DNA of 64,000 nucleotides from Sphingobacteriales bacterium (GTDB lineage: Bacteria > Bacteroidota > Bacteroidia > Sphingobacteriales > Sphingobacteriaceae), in contig JBLIDK010000003.1 in the NCBI GenBank assembly GCA_047632595.1, forward strand, positions 9,003 through 73,002, written 5' to 3'. How positions within the stretch are numbered: position 1 is the first letter of the stretch; each line of letters opens with the position of its first letter. Made by a program: the position numbers and the translations under genes. This document shows, piece after piece, positions 57,686-64,000 of this stretch. Under the pieces are notes generated by a model. It was not told where the DNA came from and made no database searches. It saw only the letters and a list, made by a program, of their open reading frames with translations.

Positions 57686-58051
57686 ATGAAGTTTTTACTA
57701 GTTTTTTTAGGTGGAGGCCTAGGAAGTGTGCTCCGCTATTTAATAAGTATTAGTATTGCAAGCAGACCAGCATTGTTTATTGCAACTGGGTTAAGCAATG
57801 CTCTAGCCAGTTTAGCTTTGGGGTTTTTGTTTCAAACTTACATGGTAAAATCTCAAAACGATATTTGGTACTTATTAGCTGGAATTGGCTTTTGCGGAGG
57901 CTTAAGTACTTTTTCGACCTTTAGCCTTGAAAATTTTCAACTACTCAAGTCTCATGAGTATTGGATGTTAGGACTAAATGTCTCAATTAACTTAGCTATT
58001 TGTTTAATTTCAGTAATTGTTGGTGTATTTTTGGCAAGCCAGAAACCATAA
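57686..58051 (+). CDS. crcB: Fluoride efflux transporter CrcB
   Basis: 121 aa with 4 TM segments. GGGLGSVLRY and GFCGGLSTFSTF motifs are present. Confidence 0.9.
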   Translation: MKFLLVFLGGGLGSVLRYLISISIASRPALFIATGLSNALASLALGFLFQTYMVKSQNDIWYLLAGIGFCGGLSTFSTFSLENFQLLKSHEYWMLGLNVSINLAICLISVIVGVFLASQKP

Positions 58052-58062
58052 CCTACACACAA

Positions 58063-59004
58063 ATGGAATTAAAACAAGACATTGTTCAGCGCCTCGATGC
58101 TTTGGAAAAAAAGTACGCGGTGATGGGACAAGATATGATATCCTACTTAGATGGACTTTTATATGCAGACTATCTTACCTACTGGGATTACATACATTTA
58201 GACACTTTACTAAGCCTTCAAACACCTAAAACAAACTTTAAGGATGAGGTTATTTTTATAGGGTATCACCAAATCACAGAGCTATATTTCAAACTTATTC
58301 TTTGGGAAATGGCTCAAATAAATGAAGCTACTGAAATTTCGGAGGATTGGTTACTGGTTAAAGTTGGACGTTGTGTTCGATATTTCCAAACCTTAGTACA
58401 TTCATTTGATGTAATGGTAGATGGAATGGATAAAGATGAATTCTTAAAGTTTAGAATGAGCCTTTTGCCAGCAAGTGGATTTCAATCTGCCCAGTATCGT
58501 AAAATTGAACTTTGTTCAACTGATTTTGTAAACCTTATCTATAAAGAAAAGCGTTGGGAATTAGGTGGTATGGAAGATCTAGAAACTTTATTCGAGCATT
58601 TGTACTGGAAAAATGGTGGTAGAGAATTAAAGTCTGGTAAAAAAACGTTGACTTTAGAGCAGTTTGAAGGAAAATACGACGAAGAACTTTTAAGGTTAGC
58701 ACATGATATGTCTACCAAAAACATTTGGCAGCAGGTTCAAAAACTTTGTCCACAAGCTTTAAAAAATGAGAAGTTGGTGCATGAAATGCGAAATTTAGAC
58801 ATTCATGCGAATGTTCAATGGCCACATTCACATTTAAAATCGGCGGTAAGATATTTAAAATTAGATCCTGAAGATATTAAAGCGACGGGTGGAACCAATT
58901 GGCAAAAGTATTTACCTCCAAAAATTCAATTTATTATGTTTTTTCCTGAACTATGGACCAAACAAGAAAAAGAAGACTGGGGTAGGAAGTTATCAAGTTT
59001 ATAA
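58063..59004 (+). CDS. kynA: Tryptophan 2,3-dioxygenase
   Basis: YWDYIHLDTLLSLQTP...DEVIFIGYHQITELYFKL is typical of TDO. I chose the start at MELKQD to avoid overlapping crcB. Confidence 0.86.
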   Translation: MELKQDIVQRLDALEKKYAVMGQDMISYLDGLLYADYLTYWDYIHLDTLLSLQTPKTNFKDEVIFIGYHQITELYFKLILWEMAQINEATEISEDWLLVKVGRCVRYFQTLVHSFDVMVDGMDKDEFLKFRMSLLPASGFQSAQYRKIELCSTDFVNLIYKEKRWELGGMEDLETLFEHLYWKNGGRELKSGKKTLTLEQFEGKYDEELLRLAHDMSTKNIWQQVQKLCPQALKNEKLVHEMRNLDIHANVQWPHSHLKSAVRYLKLDPEDIKATGGTNWQKYLPPKIQFIMFFPELWTKQEKEDWGRKLSSL

Positions 59005-59011
59005 AAGATGG

Positions 59012-59039
59012 AGACTAAGTGAAAGCTTAGTCTTTTTTT
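59012..59039 (+). terminator. Terminator after kynA
   Basis: agactaag-tgaaag-cttagtct forms an 8-bp stem followed by a T6 run. Confidence 0.8.
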
Positions 59040-59054
59040 GTGCCAAAAATTTAA

Positions 59055-59918
59055 CTACAAGTACTTATTAAGAATATTGTTTATTGAATTGGCATACGAA
59101 GGGCCAAATATATTAACGTGAACTAGCAAGGGGTAGATGTTGTAAATATCCAAACGTTCTTCCCAACCATTTTGCATTGGAAACACCTCGTTATAGGCAG
59201 TATAAAATTCAGGATCAAAACCTCCAAAAAGTTGAGTAAAGGCTATTTCACTTTCGCGATGACCATAATATACTGCAGGGTCCACTAAAGCAACCTGCCC
59301 TTTTGAATTAACCATAAAATTTCCGGACCATAAATCGCCATGAAGAAGAGCCGGATTTTCGTCAGGGATGTAATTATATAATTCAGAGCAAAGTTCATCA
59401 ATGCCATCAATAGTTTCTGGGACTAGAAGTCCAAATTTTGCAGCCAAATCAAGTTGTGGAAGAATTCTACACTCAATAAAAAAGTTTATAAAATCGTCTT
59501 TATAGGTGTTGATTTGGTCTAAACTTCCAATGCAATTGTTGTAATCTAAGCCAAATTCAATTTGTGTGCATTGGTGCATTTTTGCCAAATTATGAGCAAA
59601 ATCCGTCCAAAAACTTAGTTTTTTTACCCCTTTTTGAATAAAATTCATCAAAATGAAAGATTCGTCATTATAAACTCCTTGTTCAATCACTTCAGGAAGT
59701 TCAAATTGGGAGTTCTGTTTTAAAAGTGCAATTCCTTTTTGTTCAACTTCAAATGAAGGAAGAAATTTGGCTTCGTTCGATTTTATAAAGAGTGCATTTT
59801 TACCATCAGAAACTCGATATGCCTCATTGATACTTCCACCACTAATGGGTTTAATCGATTTAATTTCTTTAAAATGATTTTTAGATAATAAGTATTCTTG
59901 TAAGTTTTCGCTCAGCAT
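59055..59918 (-). CDS. Fructosamine kinase family protein
   Basis: GGSINEAYRV and LLHGDLWSGN motifs. I chose the start at MLSENLQ, so the upstream extension to 59975 was dropped. Confidence 0.85.
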   Translation of the reverse strand: MLSENLQEYLLSKNHFKEIKSIKPISGGSINEAYRVSDGKNALFIKSNEAKFLPSFEVEQKGIALLKQNSQFELPEVIEQGVYNDESFILMNFIQKGVKKLSFWTDFAHNLAKMHQCTQIEFGLDYNNCIGSLDQINTYKDDFINFFIECRILPQLDLAAKFGLLVPETIDGIDELCSELYNYIPDENPALLHGDLWSGNFMVNSKGQVALVDPAVYYGHRESEIAFTQLFGGFDPEFYTAYNEVFPMQNGWEERLDIYNIYPLLVHVNIFGPSYANSINNILNKYL

Positions 59919-59958
59919 TATAAAAACAATTAGTTTTGAATTCTCAAATGTACAAGAC

Positions 59959-61995
59959 ATGAAAAAAATCAGCATCCTATTTGTAGTTTTCTTTTCAATA
60001 TTTGCGATTCAAGCACAAAATAAATTAACTCCAGAGCTTTTGTGGAAACTAAAGCGTGTTTCAGAGCATGCAATTAGTCCAGATGGACAGTTTGTCGTTT
60101 ATTCTGTCAAGGAATACGACCTATCAGAAAATAAAGGGGTTTCACAGCTTTATTTGTCGGATACTAGAGGAAAAAAAACAATTCAATTAACAAAATCACC
60201 TGGTTCAAAGTACAATATACGTTGGAGACCAGATGGGCTTAAAGTAGGATATATAAGCACAGAAACTGGTTCTGCAGAAATTTGGGAAGTAGAAGATGAC
60301 GGAAGTGAAGCAGTTCAAATTTCCACCTTTAATTCTGGTCTTGAGGGCTTTGAGTATTCGCCTGATTTAAAAAGAATATTGTTTGTAGCGCCTGTGAGAT
60401 TCGAGTACCCTCTAAATACTACTTACCCAGACCTTCCAAAAGCGAATGCGAAAGTTTATGACAACTTAATGTACCGACATTGGGATACGTGGGCCGATGG
60501 AACAAGAAGCCATATATTTTACATGAACTATGCCAATGAGGGTTTAAGAGACGAACCTGTTGACATAATGAGTGACCAACCCTATGACGCACCTCTAAAA
60601 CCTTTTGGTGGAATGGAGCAAATTGCATGGAGTCCAGATGGGAGTAAAATTGCCTACACCTGCAAAAAACTAGTGGGAAAAGAGTATGCAGAAAGCACTA
60701 ATTCAGACATTTATGTATATGATTTTGAAACTAGTAAAACACGAAATTTAAGTGAGGTTTTAAACGGTTATGACATGGAACCCAGTTTTAATAGTGATGG
60801 AACTAAAATTATGTGGCTAAGTATGGAAACTCCTGGTTTTGAAGCAGACCGTGTTCGTTTATATGTTTATGATTTTGTTGCAAATGATCGTTTAGACATG
60901 ACAATGAATTTAGATCAAAGCATTTCTTCACCAATTTGGGCTGAGGATTCAAAATCGGTGTATTGCATAAGCGGTAAAAACGCAACTTACCAGGTTTATA
61001 ACTTGAACTTAGAAACACAAGCATTAACTCAGCTAACAGATGGAGACCACAATTATGGTTCTATCGCCTTAGCTAAAAATAAGAAAAGAGACATTCTGGT
61101 AGCATCAAGGCAAAGTATGAGTGCGCCAACAGAACTTTATACCATTGATTTAAAGAAAGGGGATGTCGAGCCATTAACAAGAGAGAATGAAAAATTATGG
61201 TCGAAAGTTGAGAAAGGACGTGTTGAGAAGCGAATGATAAAAACAACAGACGACAAAGAGATGTTGACATGGGTTATTTATCCACCTAATTTTGATTCAA
61301 CAAAAACATACCCAACTTTATTGTATTGTCAAGGCGGACCACAGAGTGCAGTAAGTCAGTTTTTCTCATATAGATGGAACTTTCAGTTAATGGCAGCACA
61401 AGGTTATATTGTTGTTGCGCCAAATAGACGAGGGTTACCAACATTTGGGCAAGAATGGAATGATCAAATTAGTGGCGATTGGGGTGGTCAAGCAATGAAT
61501 GATTATTTAAGCGCTATAGATGAAGTTTCGAAAGAAACCTATGTAGATGAGAATAGGTTAGGCTCCGTTGGAGCAAGTTATGGAGGTTATTCAGTTTATT
61601 GGTTAGCAGGAAATCATGAAGGAAGGTTTAAGTCATTTATCTCACATTGTGGTTTATTTAACTTTGAAAGTTGGTATGCAACAACCGAAGAATTGTTTTT
61701 TGCAAATCATGATATAGGTGGAAATTGGTGGAGTGATAAAATTTCTGATAGTTACACGAAACATTCTCCGCACTTATACGTAAAGAATTGGAATACTCCA
61801 ATCATGGTAATTCATGGAGAGAAAGATTTTAGAGTTCCAGTGAGTGAAGGAATACAAGCCTTTAATACCGCTCAAATGCTAGGGGTTAAAAGCAGATTTT
61901 TGTATTTTCCTACAGAGGGTCACTGGGTATTAAATCCACAAAATGGTGTTTTATGGCACCGAGAATTTTATAGATGGTTGAAAGAGACTTTATAA
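59959..61995 (+). CDS. Secreted S9 family serine peptidase (beta-propeller plus alpha/beta hydrolase)
   Basis: Signal peptide. GASYGGY nucleophile elbow. A C-terminal HGEKDFRVP...EGHW triad region. Confidence 0.9.
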   Translation: MKKISILFVVFFSIFAIQAQNKLTPELLWKLKRVSEHAISPDGQFVVYSVKEYDLSENKGVSQLYLSDTRGKKTIQLTKSPGSKYNIRWRPDGLKVGYISTETGSAEIWEVEDDGSEAVQISTFNSGLEGFEYSPDLKRILFVAPVRFEYPLNTTYPDLPKANAKVYDNLMYRHWDTWADGTRSHIFYMNYANEGLRDEPVDIMSDQPYDAPLKPFGGMEQIAWSPDGSKIAYTCKKLVGKEYAESTNSDIYVYDFETSKTRNLSEVLNGYDMEPSFNSDGTKIMWLSMETPGFEADRVRLYVYDFVANDRLDMTMNLDQSISSPIWAEDSKSVYCISGKNATYQVYNLNLETQALTQLTDGDHNYGSIALAKNKKRDILVASRQSMSAPTELYTIDLKKGDVEPLTRENEKLWSKVEKGRVEKRMIKTTDDKEMLTWVIYPPNFDSTKTYPTLLYCQGGPQSAVSQFFSYRWNFQLMAAQGYIVVAPNRRGLPTFGQEWNDQISGDWGGQAMNDYLSAIDEVSKETYVDENRLGSVGASYGGYSVYWLAGNHEGRFKSFISHCGLFNFESWYATTEELFFANHDIGGNWWSDKISDSYTKHSPHLYVKNWNTPIMVIHGEKDFRVPVSEGIQAFNTAQMLGVKSRFLYFPTEGHWVLNPQNGVLWHREFYRWLKETL

Positions 61996-62074
61996 AAATG
62001 TTTACATTTGATGCAACCATTTATTTATTAATGAATCTTTAAAACAGAATGACTAATATTATACTTTATTTTTT

Positions 62075-63277
62075 ATGAAAAGAACACTACTAATTCCAAT
62101 TTTATTAATACTTACAAATCACATTTTTGCACAAAGTGTTGATCCAATTCCTTATCAAATAGCTAATGGAAAGCTTGAAATATTAACTTTCTCTGACAGC
62201 TATCCATCCTATTTTAAAGGTTGGCGCGCAGAAAGATTTTTTTCAGACGAATCTCCAGATGGACCAACAGAGGATCAGGCAATTACGGTTATGTTACCAA
62301 GTGCTGTAGAATCTGCTGCAGGATATATTAACAGTAGAGGTGATGATGGTATAACAATTAGGCATTATTGCCCAACTGCCACTCAAGGAACCGAAACTGT
62401 TGAGAGAGAATCTGCCTTAGGTGTAGGTATTGCTTTGAACACAATAGGAGCAAAGCAGATACAAATTTCTTGGAAAGCTGCAACGGCAGTTTTAAATGGT
62501 CAAACTGAAACTCGATTACAATTACAGTATCGTATTGGAAATTCTGCTGAAGACAGCGCATGGAATAATGTTGCAGGACATCAGTATTTGGCAAAGACAG
62601 GAGTTGATGGAAACACTTATACCGATTTTGGACCTTTCGAGTTTCCAGTTAAGTTAGAAGAACAACCGGTTGTTCAGTTAAGATGGATTTGCTATACAGT
62701 TGCAGGCGTATTTTGTAATACGGATGCTATTACTTTGGATGAAATAATTGTTGAATCTCTTGACGCTACCCCACAGGCTCCTACAGCTGCTTTTTCAGTG
62801 GATAAATCTAATCCTAAAACCGAAGAACCAATTACATTTTCAAGTGAATCAATCGGAAACCCAACTGAATATCTATGGGACTTTGGAGATGGTGAAACTT
62901 CTACAGTAAAGAACCCTATTAAAGTTTATAACATAGGTGGTACATTTACGGTTACATTTACCGTGACCAACGAAGTTGGAAAAGATACGTTGACCAAAAT
63001 AGACTTTATTATGGTAGAAGGGGATGGTCCTGGTACCTCAGTAGAGGATGTAAAGGCAGAAAAGTTTAAAATGTTCCCCAATCCAAGTTCTTCTCTGATT
63101 TCGTTTGAATTTGAAAACTTTGGTCAAAATACTATAGTTATAAGCAATCTTTTAGGAGAAGTTGCAAAGGAACTTATAACCAGAGACCAAATGGTAACGA
63201 TGTCAGTTAATGATCTTCCAAAAGGACTTTACCTTGTAAAGGTCTCAGGAAACACAAAAACATTAGTTGTAAACTAA
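62075..63277 (+). CDS. Secreted protein with a PKD domain and a T9SS type A sorting domain
   Basis: Signal peptide. PKD-like YLWDFGDGETS. C-terminal MFPNPSSSLISFEF tail. Confidence 0.8.
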   Translation: MKRTLLIPILLILTNHIFAQSVDPIPYQIANGKLEILTFSDSYPSYFKGWRAERFFSDESPDGPTEDQAITVMLPSAVESAAGYINSRGDDGITIRHYCPTATQGTETVERESALGVGIALNTIGAKQIQISWKAATAVLNGQTETRLQLQYRIGNSAEDSAWNNVAGHQYLAKTGVDGNTYTDFGPFEFPVKLEEQPVVQLRWICYTVAGVFCNTDAITLDEIIVESLDATPQAPTAAFSVDKSNPKTEEPITFSSESIGNPTEYLWDFGDGETSTVKNPIKVYNIGGTFTVTFTVTNEVGKDTLTKIDFIMVEGDGPGTSVEDVKAEKFKMFPNPSSSLISFEFENFGQNTIVISNLLGEVAKELITRDQMVTMSVNDLPKGLYLVKVSGNTKTLVVN

Positions 63278-63317
63278 AACTCCACATCATTTATACCAAA
63301 ATATTAATTATTAACTA

Positions 63318-64000
63318 ATGAAAAATATATTTAACCTATTAATAACTGTTGTTTTCGTGACAACTTCACTTAGCAGTAACGCTCAATATTGTGCTTCTGT
63401 TGGAACATGCGATGGATCTGATTTTATTGCCGCTGTTATTATGCCAGGAGGTATAGCAAAAAGTACTGTTTGTGACGGCTACAGAGATTTTACTGCTACA
63501 GATACCGCTGTAATTAATCAAGGTTCAACTATTTCGCTTTCATTAGAACGAGGAAATACTGGTGTTGCTGGTGGTACTGGAGCAGTTTATATTGATTGGA
63601 ATCAAAATGGAAATTTTGAAGATGGTGAGCAAGTTGATGATACCAAAGCTGGTAGAGACAATTATACCTTTTCTGTCGCCGTTCCAGCTGATGCGATGTT
63701 AGGTAGTACTAGAATGAGAGTAATGTTAAGTAATGCGGCACCTGCATCAACTGATGGATCAATTCCTAATCCATTGCCAATCACGAGTCCTTGTCAAGCT
63801 GAAGTGACTTATGAAGTGGAAGATTATACAGTAACAATTGCACCAGCATGTTTATTCGACTTCAATGCTACTGCACCAGCTACAGTGAGTGGATCAACTA
63901 CTGGGGAAGGAAATGACATTAGCTTTTTAGAATCTGAGGATCACGTTTACTTAGTTAAAATTCCAGCAACATGTACTTGGGTTTTTGATGGCTCTACTTC
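63318..64000 (+). CDS. Secreted GEVED-like domain protein, 3'-truncated by the window end
   Basis: I translated it by hand; it is absent from the ORF track because it has no stop in the window. It begins MKNIFNLLITVVFVTTSLSSNAQYCAS... and contains YEVEDYTVTI, a GEVED-type motif. Confidence 0.6.
   Translation, partial: MKNIFNLLITVVFVTTSLSSNAQYCASVGTCDGSDFIAAVIMPGGIAKSTVCDGYRDFTATDTAVINQGSTISLSLERGNTGVAGGTGAVYIDWNQNGNFEDGEQVDDTKAGRDNYTFSVAVPADAMLGSTRMRVMLSNAAPASTDGSIPNPLPITSPCQAEVTYEVEDYTVTIAPACLFDFNATAPATVSGSTTGEGNDISFLESEDHVYLVKIPATCTWVFDGST

Noticed and set aside
57600-57700. Fluoride riboswitch upstream of crcB
   Set aside because: crcB starts 1 nt after the preceding stop codon, so there is no leader that could hold a riboswitch.
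58000-58062. Upstream extension of the tryptophan 2,3-dioxygenase ORF
   Set aside because: It would overlap crcB by 52 nt and adds residues unlike TDO. MELKQD at 58063 is the sensible start. The same logic was applied at 2835 versus 2874, 5564 versus 5618, 55404 versus 55428 and 59975 versus 59918.

Overview
This is a low-GC chromosomal segment that looks like Bacteroidota, probably Flavobacteriia-like. Three things support that: many proteins end in T9SS C-terminal sorting domains, TAnnTTTG-type -7 promoter boxes are present, and the gene set includes floA, bshA, a DUF5686-like protein and gliding-type CTDs.

All homology calls were made by eye from the supplied translations. No search was run, so family names are recognitions, not database hits.

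**Core content**
- Most genes are housekeeping: anmK, asd, uvrA, accA, cdaA, crcB, bshA, kynA and tRNA-Asn.
- hmgA, hppD and an FAH-family hydrolase form a tyrosine-catabolism cluster.

**Accessory content**
- Eight secreted T9SS cargo genes are present.
- One cargo island (8.8-17.1 kb) holds a 1647-aa adhesin-like protein. It also holds a tandem paralog pair that carries the same cargo domain on two different classes of T9SS sorting domain.
- A 363-bp, ~98% identical block (CTD plus terminator) is shared between that giant gene and the first paralog.

**Other points worth a second look**
- A minus-strand locus (32.4-37.5 kb) contains a 722-aa radical-SAM protein with C-x4-C-x2-C spacing. It is flanked by two decayed genes, with a vWA T9SS cargo gene and an unannotated 25-aa peptide with 7 Cys that has its own terminator.
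- A HAD phosphoserine-phosphatase-like domain is fused to a SerA-like regulatory/ACT region that lacks the NAD domain.
- An arginase-fold protein has two metal ligands substituted.
- A degraded tRNA-Asn copy has its arms replaced by CCCGAT/ATCGGG palindromes.

I saw no CRISPR array, integrase, transposase or prophage genes.
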